Assembly (NCBI GenBank): GCA_951406725.2
Contig: OX597826.1
Location: 65,100,001 to 65,164,000, forward strand
Reading direction: 5' to 3'
Origin: Octopus vulgaris
Taxonomy: Eukaryota
DNA length: 64,000 bases
A program made the position numbers and the translations under genes. Within the stretch, counting starts at the first letter, position 1; each line of letters opens with the position of its first letter. This document shows positions 1 to 13,440 of this stretch, one piece after another. The notes under the pieces were generated by a model. The model ran no database searches and was not told where the DNA came from. It was given only the letters and a program-made list of their open reading frames with translations.

Positions 1-2924
1 CTGGATTGGAGAATTTCCCTAATCTATTAAAAGGAATGATGCAATTTCCAGAAAAGTTTTTTTTTTTTTTTTTTTAAAGAACGGAAGATAATTGATGACG
101 AAAATAGCAGAGGAGCAAGTGTATTGCCCTGAGTTACATGGAAACTAATATACTAAAAAAAAAAATGGAGAGGAAAAGTTATTTATGGGAGACAACTCCA
201 AAATTTTACGATTAATTACTGCCAGTAATCAAATTGTTTTACAACTTTTCATCTTAAATTTAATTTCTGAACGGTTGCGGCTGATTGTCAAAATAGGTCT
301 CCGATTTTCGATACTGAACAATTCTACAAAAGGTCGCTTTTTTTTTCTCTTTTATTCTTTAAACCATCCAAACAATTTTGTGCGTGGAAATCTGAGAATG
401 TTGATTTGGAAGACCGAAAACTCTTAGAAATTTTCTGAAAGGTGTATCGTCGAGAACGCTTTCGTTGTGCTTAATTAAAAATTATAATTACAATCGGTTG
501 ATTCAAAAATACCCTCACCTCAGCAGTTGGGACATTTCATTGACAATATAGGAGTAAAAAGAAAGTTGACTCGCTGCTGGATTCAAACTCCGATAACTGA
601 CAGTGTTGACAGGTGAGATATTGAATCATATTAAATACGCCAAGGCACAGACATTAATATGGAAGTCTTGTTTGAGAGAGCCTGAAAAGGTGACTGCTGG
701 GTTTACCCACAGTGGTTTTTAAAAAATGTAGAAGATAATTCATTTTAGTAGCATACTATTCTGTTAGCAAATATTTTTTTCTTATACACACACATACAGC
801 CTCGCTTGTTTGGGGGGTTAATTTAAATTACTTTTTTTGTGTGTTTATATCCCCAAAATGGTCCACGGGCTGCATCAAACAACTAAATGTGTTTATGGGA
901 AGAAAAATATTTTAAAATATCAATACACGAGTGATAAAGAAACGAGGAAGGTGATCGTGCGTTGTGCTAGAAATAACAGCCAAATCTCCCTTAAATCACT
1001 TTTTCCTCCGAAAATATTTGCAATTTTTTTTTTACCAAAACGGCTTCTCCCACGGTTTTTAAACGCATAGTGCCGAACAAATTGTCCAAAATTGGTCCGG
1101 GGTGGGGGGTGAAAGATTTCCAAAAAATATTTTTTTCATATAAAGATGCCTCTCATCATTTCGAAGACAACGAGAAAAAATAACTGGAAAATTCCCCGTC
1201 AAAACGGAGAAATTCCAACTTATGTGGGCGTCTTAATGCGAAACTCCATGCTTCGGCCAGCTTTTTAAAAAGGAAACTTATGAATTTCGTTCTAAAAATA
1301 TTTCCCGGTTATTTGGCTCTGAGCGACATCAAAATTTTAAAGAAAGACTACAAAAATGTCTTTGCTTACGAAACTTTTCGCTATCAATGATTCCCCCCAA
1401 GAAATGCTATCCCAAAATAAAAACGAAACAATTTTATTAAGCTCTGAAACGCCGCTGGCCATGTCATTTAGTGACCATTGTGAAAACAATAATCTCGAGG
1501 GCTCTAGTCGCCGAAAAAAACTCATTCATTTACTTCATAGACACGCCTCCATAAACAGGTTCCAAAGATTCGTGTAACAGAACATTCTCCAGAAAGTGAA
1601 TGAACTGTTCTAGCTTATTTTGTGAAATTTTGTTGTGTTTAGGGAGGGTCATTAGGCACAAATAGAAAAACGAAGTAAACCCTAGAATGACTTTCCAAAG
1701 AAAATCACGAAAACCATACCTATAGCTTTACGGACAACCTCAAGACCTGAAAATCTGAATTTTAATAAACATTATATAAAACAATGTTACCTTTTTATGC
1801 ATTTAATAGCATTACTTTGAAATGGTGATTAGCATTTCTTTGGTAATCTGTAATTTTACCATTTCTTTTTCCTATATATATATATATATATATAAATGTT
1901 TGTCAAATTTTATTAAAAGAATCCTTGCTTTGCGGGGACCCTAGCACTACTCAGTTTCTTTATTAGCCACGAGGGCGCAACATAGAGGGGGACAAACAAG
2001 GACAGATACAACACCATAGTGGGGACAATACTCATGACAAGGTAAACAAACGGAAAAAAAATATATCAAATACCTTTTTACCAAAAACAAGCGGTTTCAG
2101 TGCTAAACATATAAAATAAAACGTGGAGTGTGGTGTTTGTTTTGGGGGTTTTTTTTTTACTAAATATTACTCATAAATATTTAGCTACCATTCATATTTA
2201 AATTAAAGCAATTCTAATTCATTACAATTTGTTAGGGGTGATATTCAGCTCACCAGTAAATGGAACGCTCCAAAATATCGGATATAATTTGATATTTGAA
2301 AAGCCAAGTATTTTCCTAATTGCGAAACGATTCTTTCATTCGGTAAAAAGGTGTTCTTTATTTAATATTCTCGTCATTCGTAGAATTTCTTATTCCAGCC
2401 AGACTCAGTGTTGTGGAAGAAAAACCAACTGAATAACATCCCAGTCAATATAAATGGTTTCATATCTTCATAATTTTTGCTGTGTTACTGTAAAAAAATT
2501 ACTGACCTTAACTTACGAAATTACCTGTTAAAATCATTTGTTTTTAAATGAAAAAACATTTAAAATATTTTCTCTCTTCTTCGACATTTTTCTTTGGTTT
2601 GAGTATATATATATACTATGGTGCAGCCGAATATTCGTAATCTTATTGTCTTAAAACTTGCTTTTTAATACACTTATAGCCATTAAATATGAAAATATAT
2701 TATTTTTTAAATAATAAATAAGTCTGCTTAATCAAAGTCTTTCCGTTTTGTTTTTGATTCAGTACGATATTTCGGCTAAGAAAAAGTGCGTGAAACCGAA
2801 TCCCACTGAAAAGAAGCGCTTGGCTTCGGTCTTTGAAACTTCCGCTGTGCAAAAAAAATAAAAACATCTGTAAAGGTACGGCGGCTACTCTGCAGTTGTT
2901 TACGTCCAAACTACACGGCCAACT

Positions 2925-3629
2925 ATGCCCAATAAAAAAAAGAAATACAATGCCAGATTTCCGCCGGCAAGAATTAAAAAGATAATGCAAACTGATGAAG
3001 ATGTAGGCAAGGTTGCTGCTGCCGTACCTGTTATCATATCCCGAGCTTTAGAACTCTTCATTGAATCGCTCATTTTAAAAGCTAGTGAAACTACCCAAGC
3101 ACGACATGCGAAAACCTTGACAACGGCACATATTAAGCAAACTATTGAATCGGAAAAGAAGTTTGATTTCCTTCGTGATTTGGTTGTCAATATCACTGAT
3201 CACCAGACGGAAGAAGAAATAGAAAGCAACGCTAATTTGGCAGAAACCGGGAAAAAATGTGGAAAGATCACCGCAAATCGTGGACCTCGGAAGAGGAAAG
3301 ATTCCCTTACATGTGCAGAACTTCTTCGGACGAAAGAAAGAACGATATCAAATGATGTTCCGGAAGATGATAATGACGAAACAGATGAAGCAGACAGCGA
3401 TGATACGGATCAAACTGAAGAGATAAGTAATGCTAGTAAATGTCGGATCATTCCTCCTTCTATTGCAGATGAGACCCCACCTGTGCCCCAAACTAGCAGT
3501 AATGGGTTTCCCCAGGTGAGTTCTTTACCACGAGCTCCTGTTTTATTTCCTCCAACTTCTATTCCCAGAGTATTTACACCTGTACATTTGAAAGGACAGC
3601 AACAAGAAGATGATGATTACGATACTTGA
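2925..3629 (+). CDS. DRAP1: Dr1-associated corepressor / NC2 alpha (histone-fold protein), intronless CDS, 234 aa
   Basis: N-terminus [45 protein letters not shown]...FDFLRDLV is the recognisable NC2-alpha H2A-like histone fold. It is followed by acidic and Pro-rich segments and a C-terminal EDDDYDT resembling the vertebrate tail. ATG at 2925, TGA at 3627-3629, no interruption. Confidence 0.96.
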   Translation: MPNKKKKYNARFPPARIKKIMQTDEDVGKVAAAVPVIISRALELFIESLILKASETTQARHAKTLTTAHIKQTIESEKKFDFLRDLVVNITDHQTEEEIESNANLAETGKKCGKITANRGPRKRKDSLTCAELLRTKERTISNDVPEDDNDETDEADSDDTDQTEEISNASKCRIIPPSIADETPPVPQTSSNGFPQVSSLPRAPVLFPPTSIPRVFTPVHLKGQQQEDDDYDT

Positions 3630-4486
3630 GCCTAAATGACAATCTGAAAACTTTCTTAGATATTCATCTCCAGTCATTTATCACTGTTACTGTTTGTATA
3701 CAAATATCGATCTCGGTTAGTGATTGGACAAGCTAAATTATCATCGCATTTTATGCTCTTTTAGAGTGAACACTCATCTATTTTTCATCAGTTTCTTGGG
3801 GTTTTTGTTTTTTTCGTTTTTGTGAGTAAAATTAACTTGAGTACTGTTTGAAAACTTTGTGAAGTTTGAATCCTTTAATCAGCTCACACTGTACACAGCA
3901 CAAACAGTTCTCACTGAGTTCAGAAAAGCATTTGCAATTGTGTTCTTGTAAAATATCCTGGTATCATTTAAGAATATTATATATCCTGGAACTGGATATA
4001 TTTATTATATTTAGGGGGAAAAAATTAGACTCCAATACTTTCGTTCACCACACATTTAAGATCTCCATTTCTTACCATTATAGTATTTATATTGAGAAAT
4101 TCTAAGCAAATACATAAGACATAACATTTAATTGTGTTCTTTGAATTTTTTTTAAAGAAATTCTTTCATATTAAGGTGTAGCGCGTCTGTGAAATGTGGT
4201 GCATGAAGTTGCGCATGTTTCTATTTTGATTGCGTGATGTAAAGAATTCTACCTGTATGGAACTTATTCAAAATTAGGTAACTTGAAGAGCTTTTTTTTT
4301 TTTTTTTCATGCGTTTCATATGTAGAGGTGCTCACGAATTTCACTCACATTTCACATCTGATCATCTTAAATTGAAATTATTTGGAAGTCTAAGAACCTT
4401 AAATCAATTTTTTTTTTTTCATATTTTCTACAATATGTATATATGATGTTGATTCACCTAAATCCATTTTTGCATAAACATCTCAA

Positions 4487-4492
4487 AATAAA
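4487..4492 (+). terminator. Candidate polyadenylation signal (AATAAA) for DRAP1
   Basis: AATAAA about 860 nt after the stop, ending a U-rich, repeat-free UTR-like stretch. Motif only. Confidence 0.4.
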
Positions 4493-5937
4493 GCCTATAT
4501 ATTCTCTTAACCTCTTTTGCCATAACTCAAACATACTGGTACACGGTGATTAAATTGTTTTGTCATTTTAAGTCAACGGAAACACATGTATCTGTCAGGA
4601 TAAGCCAGTAACTCTCCATTCTTAAAGCTTTTCTTTCCCTTCTCAAATCTCTTGTATCTATACTTTGACAGCTTATCTATATGATGAAAAACGAGTTTAC
4701 TTCTAATTTCCCCCCCCCCCCTCTCCACTTCATAAGTTTCAAGTTTATCTTTGTAAATTTATGAGACAAAAAAAAAATCAAATTTTCAAGAGCAGAAATT
4801 CAGATAAATTCTTTTTAGGTTTACTTAGATAGGATATTGAAAAATCAACTTTTTCTAGAAGTTTAGCAGAAAAAAAAGAAAGAAAACCTTTATTCAGTGG
4901 TGTCAATGTAGCAAAAAGGTTGATGGGGGAGGAATATACCAAACTCCTTATATCACACATTTTCAGCTGATAAGCAAAACCAGTAAATGCCACCTTTCTC
5001 GGTGCATTATTTGCGCACATTAGAAAGGTGTCGGATCTAAAGTTCTTCCAATATTTATGACTTTTCTTGAAAATAGTCGGTTGCCTTTAACTTGCTAATT
5101 GATTTCGATTTGCACTGGCCTTGTTTTGAGGTTTACTGTTTAGCTAGTTTGTGTCACCCCTTAATGTATAAACAGCTGCTTGGTGATTAACAGAATTACA
5201 AGAAATTGGGTCCTTTTTTCTTAAGTTACCTGTTATTAATTTTAGATGTAGATCAAATCTTCTGCCTGTGGATCATTGTAAGCAAAATAAACACTTAGAA
5301 TCTAGCTTCTTAAGGTTGCAATATATAAATTTGATTTTCATTTACATACATCAAGAGTAGGATCTTTAAGGAGTGTTGCTACCAAATGATGTTACCTTCG
5401 TTGAAGTGTTATCTCCACATAATCTTCAAAGGTAATCAGAAATTCTATCACCAAAAGAACTAATTTGATCCAAGAATGAAATTAAACTTCTTGACTGCAC
5501 TTGTAGTGTATTTATTGAATTTCAAGTCAATAACTAATACTGAGTTCCTTCTTTGTCTCATTTGAATATCTGATTGTGGCTGAGTTTAAATAATGAAGCA
5601 CTTTTCTCTAACATTCAACAGTAATTGCTTCCAAATTAAATTGTTTAGACTGTTTAACTCTCCTTGCAAAACATTGTCATCCATATCTCTGTATTATTAG
5701 AAAAAAAAGCTTGCACATTCTTTATCAAGATGAAAGATGCCAACCTGAACAAGTATCTTCAAAAAAGAAAGGCAGTTTTATTATTTACCAGGGAATCAAC
5801 TACTTCATAAGCTCATCAGTACAATCAAAGTAGTTGAAATTTGATCCAAATTGAAACTTTCATTGCTTCATATCTGAATTTGCATTAAATATATTAAGAT
5901 CTGTATAGAAACTCTGGGTTTTGCTTTGAAGTGATTA

Positions 5938-6499
5938 TTAGGTACAGTTGAGATGGTCTGGCATACACAGTTAAGTACAGTTGGGACGGTCTGGCATACA
6001 CAGTTAAGTACAGTTGGGACGGTCTGACATACGCAGTTAGGTGCAATTGGGACGGTCTGACGTACGTAGTTAGGTACAGTTGGGACGGTCTGACGTATGC
6101 AGCTAGGTACTGTTGGGACGGACTGATGTACGCAGTTAGGTACAGTTGGGACAGTCTGATGTATGCAGTTAGGTACAGTTGGGACAGTCTGATGTATGCA
6201 GTTAGGTACAGTTGGGACGGTCTGATGTATGCAGTTAGGTACAGTTGAGACGGTCTGATGTACGCAGCTAGGTACAGTTGGGACGGTCTGATATACGCAG
6301 TTAGGTCCAGTTGGGACGGTCTGACATACGCAGTTAGGTCCAGTTGGGACGGTATGACATATGCAGCTAGGTACAGTTGGGACGGTCTGACATACGCAGT
6401 TAGGTCCAGTTGGGACAGTCTGACATATGCAGCTAGGTACAGTTGGGACGGTCTGACATACGCAGTTAGATCCAGTTGGGACGGTCTGACGTACAGTTG
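5938..6499. repeat. 33-bp minisatellite, about 17 copies
   Basis: Unit approximately AGGTACAGTTGGGACGGTCTGACATACGCAGTT repeated head-to-tail. It produces the 11-aa periodic ORFs (CQTVPTVPNCV / RPSQLYLTAYV). Confidence 0.95.
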
Positions 6500-7619
6500 T
6501 TTGTGCATTTGAAGTAATCCAACACAATAGCTCTTGATCTTATCTTAGTTTGGTACATTGCTTTGATTATATTAAATGTAATTGATATTGGGTACAAGCT
6601 GTATCCTATTTAGTGTCCATGCAATCAAAAATTGTTTTGCAAGTGTTCAAGAATTAGATGAATAGATGGTGTTGGTTTGTGATTAAAATGTCCTTGCCGG
6701 CTAAGGTTTGACAAATATGTCAAGGCATTAAACAAATGAAACATAACTACAGTAAAAAGTATGTTATATATCCTACTTAACAGAATTTGTTGTAGGGATC
6801 AAGATAGAAAAATTGTTTGACTCCTCATGAGAATTCATCTGCTTGCTCAGTGGTTTATAGCAATAGCAGAAAGTTTATTAGGAATTAGTTTTTGAATTCT
6901 AGAAGAAATTTAGGGGCTTTATTTTCTGTTTATTCTAAGCTTACTCTATATATTGAAACAGAATGTTTCTATATATTTTTGGTTACAATTTTAGCAGAGA
7001 TGTTTCAAAATTCTTTTATCCGAAGATTTTTTTATGCTAACATTCTTTTTATGTTCTGTAAAAATTAAATGTTAGTGTTGGAATTTTGGGGCCTTGTTCT
7101 TCAACAAAATATAAGAAATTTGTTCTGGAGCATTGCTCTCAGACACTTCGTTAAAAAAGATAAACATGAAATCATGGATTTTTATACTTTTTTTTTGTAA
7201 TCTTTTTCCTTTTGAGTTAAAAACACTTTATATAAAAAGAGAAATGTCTTCCTCTAATTTTCTGGTTTTGATGTGATTTTCCTGAAAATGTTGACAATCT
7301 TTGTAAATGTTAAAAATGATTGAAATATTTTATTTCATGCTGTAAATATTCAATTTGAGCAGAGTTTTTTTTTTTTTTTTAATATTGAAATAACATTCAA
7401 TAAACTATATTTCCAGATCCTTTTATTTAGGTGTCTATATATAATGCTAATTTTCTCTCAAGGTACCAAAAAAATACTTCATTTATTTAGAATGAACCAA
7501 TGATTCAAGAATTTTGTATGTTGCTTGGCACCTTGACCAAATGTCTTATCTTCTAAACACTGAGCAAACCAGTCTTGTGAATTGATTTGGTAGATAGAAA
7601 CTGAATATGTGTGTGCATG

Positions 7620-7836
7620 TACAAGATGGTGTTGAAAAGTTCCTGGCTTTGGGTTGAAAGAAAATACAGGAGAATCAGTTAATATTTTATTCAACATATT
7701 TCCCTCTCAAATTCACACACTTATTGCAGTGGTCCTTCAGTTTTTGTAACCCCTGTAAAAGAACTTGAAAGGTTTGGCCTCCATCCAGGCCTTTTGCAAT
7801 ACTGTTAAAGCCAGGAATTTTTTGGTATCAACTCAC
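7620..7836. mobile_element. Short non-autonomous mariner-type MITE
   Basis: Degenerate terminal inverted repeats TGAAAAGTTCCTGGCTTT ... AAAGCCAGGAATTTTT. A related copy lies in the opposite orientation at about 19420-19620. Confidence 0.65.
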
Positions 7837-8000
7837 ATGTGATAATTGTAAAGTGTTATTTGCATCCTGTCTTCCATGAAAAACATGTCCAGCTAAGGTA
7901 AAATATTACTTGGAAAACAGATAAGGGTGATGACAGGAAGGAGATCCAGCTGTAGAAAATCTGACTTAGAAAAGTGGGCATTAAAATCAATGATATTTTT

Positions 8001-9905
8001 ATCTCTATCTAGGTTGTCCTGCAGGATGCCCCAAGACAGTTTCCACAAGTTTTCCCCATTCATCTCTATCTTCCATATTGGTCCTCAGCTCCTGTACCCC
8101 TTCCATACCAGTATCCTCCAACAAGTTGTTGATATAGGTCATCTTCCTCTCCTGGTTCTTCCTTCTATTGGTTGCCAGAGCACGAGCTTGCTAGCAATTT
8201 CATTGGTGTGTCTGATGCAGTGTCCAGCTAGCCTCGTCCTATGCTGTATCTTTGATGTTACTTTTGGTAGTCCCTGGTATAAGTCAGCATTTGTTGTATG
8301 GTTCTTCAAGGAGACACTGAATTCCATTCTAAGCATCCTCGTATAACAACCATCCAACTGCTTCTTCAATGCTTTAGTGAGCATCCATGTTTCAGCCCTG
8401 TATAGAAGAACAGACTCCTCTGTTGCCAGAAACAACCTCACTTTCACTTTCCTTGCTAACTTTGAGCTCCATACCTTTCTTAATTTATGGTATGCACTCC
8501 AGGTAAGAGCTTTCCTTGCTACGATGTCTTTTTCAGTACTTTCTGTCCACACAAATTTTCAGCTACCTTCAGCAACATACCGTCTCTCACTTTCACTGAC
8601 ACAGGCATTTCATGGTTGAAACTTGCAGCTCTGTTTTCTTTGCATTACAGTACAATCATACCTTCCCCTATTCCTGCTCTAATCTGCTCAGCACCTCCTG
8701 TGCCTGATCTGTCCTCTCTGTTAGTAATGCTAGGTCAGTTACTATTACTGCTTGATGCCGTCTACTTTGCCCATGCAGTTTGAATCCAGTTCTTCCTTGC
8801 CCTCATACATTCTATGCATTACATAGTCCAGAATGATGAAGAGATAAGGTACTTGTGTGTCGCCTTGTAATACTCCGGCTTTGACTTCAAAGTGCTCTGT
8901 CTCTCTGTCAGGAGCGATCACTTGAGCTCTGGTGTTCTCATACAGCTTACTTATTGCTCTCAGAATTCTTGGTGGAATATCATATGCTTTAAGTATCTTC
9001 ATCATTCCTCTATGTACTGAATCAAAAGCCTTTTTAGGTCTACATAGATAATGATGGCCTTCCTGTTATGGCTCTTAACTCCCTGTATCAGTCTTCTAAG
9101 TACGATAATGTGAGATGTTGTTGATTGTCCTGATCTGAATCCATTTTGATTTGGTCGTAATTGTTTGTCTATCTTATGTTGTATTCGGTTAAGTATCATC
9201 TTGTTGACCATTTTCGCAACAATGGATGACAGACTGATCCCTTTGTAATTCCCAGTATAACTTAGGTCTCCAGTTTTGGGTAGTGGTAGCAAGTCTATCT
9301 CAGACTATTGTTCTGGCTTCACCTTGTCATTTTGTAGTTTGTCAAGGATGATGTCATCTAAATCACATCTTTTTAGTATTTCTGGTGGGATGTTGTCAGG
9401 ACCAGTTTGTTTTCCTTCTTTCAGGTTACTTGAAGCTCTTTCTATTTTTTGTTTTGTGAAGCCTTCATCCTCAATTTGCAAACTGTCAAGTATCTTTGCT
9501 AATTCTTCATTTTCTGTTTCACTGTCAACTTTTGGATCCTTCCCAAGTAAGTTGTAGAAATGAGTGTACCACTTCTTGATTCTCTCATCCTTTGATTTCC
9601 CTTTGCAACCAGTGATGGAGTTAATCAGCCTCCAGCTTACTCTTTGCATCTGCATTTTCAACCTGGATCATTTCATCCAGTTCCTCTTCTTGAATCTCTT
9701 GGTACACCTGTTTTAGACCCTATTTCTTTCTTTGTAAAGTTTTTAGTATAGTTGTTGAATGCTTTTTGTACTTCACTGCATGCTTTTTCCACCCTAGTAT
9801 CATCGGCTTACATTCTCAGTTTCATCCTCTTCTTTATTGGTATCAGTTTTGCTGCCACTTCATTTGATTGCACAAATTTACTATATTCCTCTGTAATAGT
9901 ATCCC
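8001..9905 (-). mobile_element. Degenerate, 5'-truncated RTE-like LINE (reverse transcriptase and C-terminal region)
   Basis: Broken minus-strand ORFs carry non-LTR RT motifs: GPDNIPPE, GNYKGISL, QNGFRSGQST, GVLQGDT..PYLFII, ESVLLYRAETW, RLAGHCIRH. Frameshifts and stops are present. Confidence 0.9.
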
Positions 9906-10059
9906 TGATATTTTTAATATAAATGAATGGTAGTTATTGTTTTAACATCCACTTTTCCATGCTCCATTGGTCTGAAAGTTTATTCAGTCAGATTTTCTGC
10001 AGCTGCATCTCCTTCCTGTTGCCAAACATTACCTTTTTCCAAGCAAGGTAACATTTCCC

Positions 10060-11680
10060 CATGGCCAGACATTTTTCTTTTCTTTCGCATAATTATTTCA
10101 GATTTTGACACAAGGGCAACAATTTTTAAGGATGGGACCAAATCAATTACATTGATCCCCAAAACTTAGCTGGTATTATACTTTATCAATCATAAAAGGT
10201 AAAAGTTGACCTTGATTAGATTTGAGCTCAGCATGTAAAAGAGTCATAAGAATTATTGCTAAGCATTTTATCTGACACAAACATTTCTACTGACTCACCA
10301 CCTTAGAATGGTTTTAAATTTTGGAACAACGCCAGCAATGTTAGAGATAGTTGGTAAGTTGATTACATTGATCTCCTATTGTACCAACCTTGCAGAGATG
10401 AAAGACAAAGTTGTCCTCATTGGGACTTGAGCTCAGCAGATAAAGAGCCAGAAGAAATGAATCTAAGTATTTTGTCCAATATATTAACAATTCTGCCTGC
10501 TCATGATAATGCTTTGAAATTTTTGTGCAAGGCCAACAATTTCAGGAGAAGAGGTAAGTTGATTACGTTGACCTCCCCAGTGTTCAACTGGTACTTAAAA
10601 CAACCCCAGAAGGACAAAAGGTATAGTGACTTCTGCAGAATTTGAACTCAGAATATAAAGGTAGGCAAAATGCCCAGTAGCATTTTGCCTGGTGTGCTAA
10701 TGATTCTGCCAGCTTGCTGCCTTAATAATAATAATAATGGTTTCAAATTTCAGCACAAGGCCAGCAGTTTAAGGGGAGGAGGTAAGTTGGTTACATTAGC
10801 CCTAGTGTTCAACTGGAACTTGTTTTATCAACATTTTGTCTGACATGATGATTCTGCCAGCCCACTGCCTTTATTATTATTATGATAATGATTTCAAATT
10901 TTGCCACAAGACCAGCAATTTTGGGGGACAGGATAAGTTGATTACATCAACCCTCCATGTTTTATTGGTACTTATTTTCTTGACCCAAAAAGGGGATGAA
11001 AGACAAAGTCAACCTTAGCAGAATTTGAACTCAGAATGTAAAGACAGATGAATTGTTGCAAAATGTTCCACCCAGTGTGCTAATAATTCTTTCAGCTTAC
11101 TGCTTTTAGAATTATAATAATTTTTTTCTACTATAGGCACAAGGCCTATAGTCGGTGGGAGGGGGATTGTCAATTACATTGATCCCCAGTACACAAGTGG
11201 TACTTATGTTACCAACCCCAAAAGGATGAAAAGTAGTCTACCTTAGCAGTGTGTGAACTCAGAACGTAACATCAGGTGAAATACCTATTTCTTTATTACC
11301 CACAAGGGGCTAAACACAGAGGGGATAGACAAATGGATTAAGTGCGTAACTGGTACTTATTTAATCGACCTCGAAAGGATGAAAGGCAAAGTCGACCTCG
11401 GCGGAATTTGAACTCACAACGTAACGGCAGACGAAATACCTATTTCTTTACTACCCACAAGGGGCTAAACATAGAGGGGACAAACGGATTAAGTTGATTA
11501 CATCGACCCCAGTGCATCACTGGTACTTAATTTATCGACCCCGAAAGGATGAAAGGTAAAGTCGACCTCAGCGGAATTTGAACTCAGAACGCAGCGGCGG
11601 ACAAAATATCACAAAGCATTTCGCCTGGCGTGCTAACGTTTGTGCCAGCTCACCGCCTTAATTACAATAATAATAATACA
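10060..11680 (-). mobile_element. Cluster of head-to-tail tRNA-derived SINE copies (family A), ending in a well-preserved multimer
   Basis: Repeated core GACCCCGAAAGGATGAAAGGCAAAGTCGACCTCGGCGGAATTTGAACTC; on the minus strand this gives B-box-like GAGTTCAAATTCC. Copies are often separated by (TAA)n. Confidence 0.85.
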
Positions 11681-13244
11681 TTTAGCATTGTTTTATTTTT
11701 ACATTTTCTTCCTCTTGATTATAGTGCTAAATTTTCAGAATGACTTTGTGGTTTAACACTATTTGAATTGAGGACATGTTTCCTTTAAGTCAGTTTTTTT
11801 TCTCCAGATTGACTTGGTTCAAATAATAGTATTGAAATTCTGAAATGCCAATCTTTTCACAAATTCAGAATGTCAGTAGCTGAAAACCTGTTTCTGTATC
11901 AGAAAACAAAACAAAACAATGGGGTGTAGTAACTGTCTGCCTTGTCCACCAGCCCAAGGCTATAGTAGAAGACACTCCAAGTGTCACACAGTGGTACTGA
12001 ACCTGGAACTATGTGGTTGATAAGCAAACTTCTTACCACACAGCTACCTCTACAATATACGTATGTATAGGATTATGTTGTCTTATGTGTCCTCTAATCT
12101 AAGATGATAGTGTCTAATCTGAAAATAATTCAACTGCTATTTCTAGCAGGTCAAGTGACCACATAGAGGCCTATATAAACTTCGTTGTTATTGATTTTAG
12201 TCCTAATTGAACATACCTATGATGAAAGTCTTTCTAATTGTGATCATCTCCATCATCGTTTTATAAATCAGAAACTATATCCTTCACTTAAGATAGCAGA
12301 GGTTGATTTAAGAGAGATTTGGCTGCTATTTTCAGCATGTTGTGTGACTATATAGAAGCTCCTCTGTTGAGCGTCGAGACATACACTTGAGGGAAAATAT
12401 TATTATGCAGCAATGCAACAGGCAGACCGGAGGACACTCTCATATGACAGAATACAACTCACTCCCCCTCTCCCTCTCTCTCTCTCTCAGTCATTTTCTA
12501 GCTCTTTCCTTCAGTATGGCAGGTATAGGTATGTGTTACTTCTGTTTCATATTGACTAGACCCCCAACATTGCTCATTACTCCTATCCCTGTCTCTAACT
12601 CTGACACTCTCCTCTCTCACTCTTATCGACTTATCTAAACACCTACTCTTCCCAATCCTTTGTCTATATTCTCTCTTGTACTCATCTTTTTTAACAAGCT
12701 CGTTGCCTAATTGTGACACCAGTGCCTGTTCCGATACTGTTTTTCTATACATTGTTGACAGGGAGATGAGTCACTGCTATCTCTAGTGGTCGAATGTCCA
12801 TCACTGACAAGACCAAGGAATGTCAAAATCATGTGATCTGGTGGTCCTGAGGCTAGGGATGACAGATCTATCTCCCTGCTGACAATATAAACAATAATGC
12901 TTTTTGCACTAAAAGCCAATATGTGAGTCTCTCTCATGGTATCTACTGCAGTATAGTTTGTTCTAACAGAACATCATGTCAAGTAGGGATAAATATTACT
13001 CATACTTTGAGAGTATGCTCTGACATTCCCTCAAGGTATAAATTGTCTTCCTTACAGCTACTCCCACCAATCCTTATATAATGTGGAGTAATCATGTATC
13101 TCTATAACACCTTACCTGTCCCTGTATTATAGTTTACACCCTCAACACTTGCATAAAGCCACCTCCAACCCATGTCAGTGTGAAAGATGGCCATTAAATG
13201 ATGTTGATTATATTTATATATAAGACAGCAAGCTAGCAGAATCG

Positions 13245-13420
13245 TAAAAAACACCCACTACACTCGCGGAGTGGTTGGCGTTAGGAAGGGCATCCAGCCG
13301 TAGAAACACTGCCAGATCTGACTGGGCCTGACGAAGCCTTCCAGCTTCACAGACCCCAGTTGACCCGTCCAACCCATGCTAGCATGGAAAACGGACGCTA
13401 AACGATGATGATGATGATGA
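13245..13420 (+). mobile_element. SINE/LINE-tail repeat (family C) ending in (GAT)n
   Basis: GGAGTGGTTGGCGTTAGGAAGGGCATCCAGC...CCAACCCATGCTAGCATGGAAAACGGACG(T/C)TAAAC(GAT)n. Further copies at about 22015-22240(-), 26319-26475(+), 28050-28318(+), 29274-29630(+), 50100-50530(+) and 51355-51480(-). Confidence 0.85.
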
Positions 13421-13440
13421 TATATATATATATATATATA

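Noticed and set aside
185-2432. Short ORFs upstream of DRAP1 as a divergent gene
   Set aside because: No recognisable protein motifs; part of the region resembles the DNA-element relic at about 14481-14900.
5938-6499. CRISPR-like array or repeat-protein gene (219-aa and 204-aa ORFs)
   Set aside because: Units are contiguous with no unique spacers, there are no cas genes, and the context is eukaryotic. The ORFs simply reflect a 33-nt stop-free unit.
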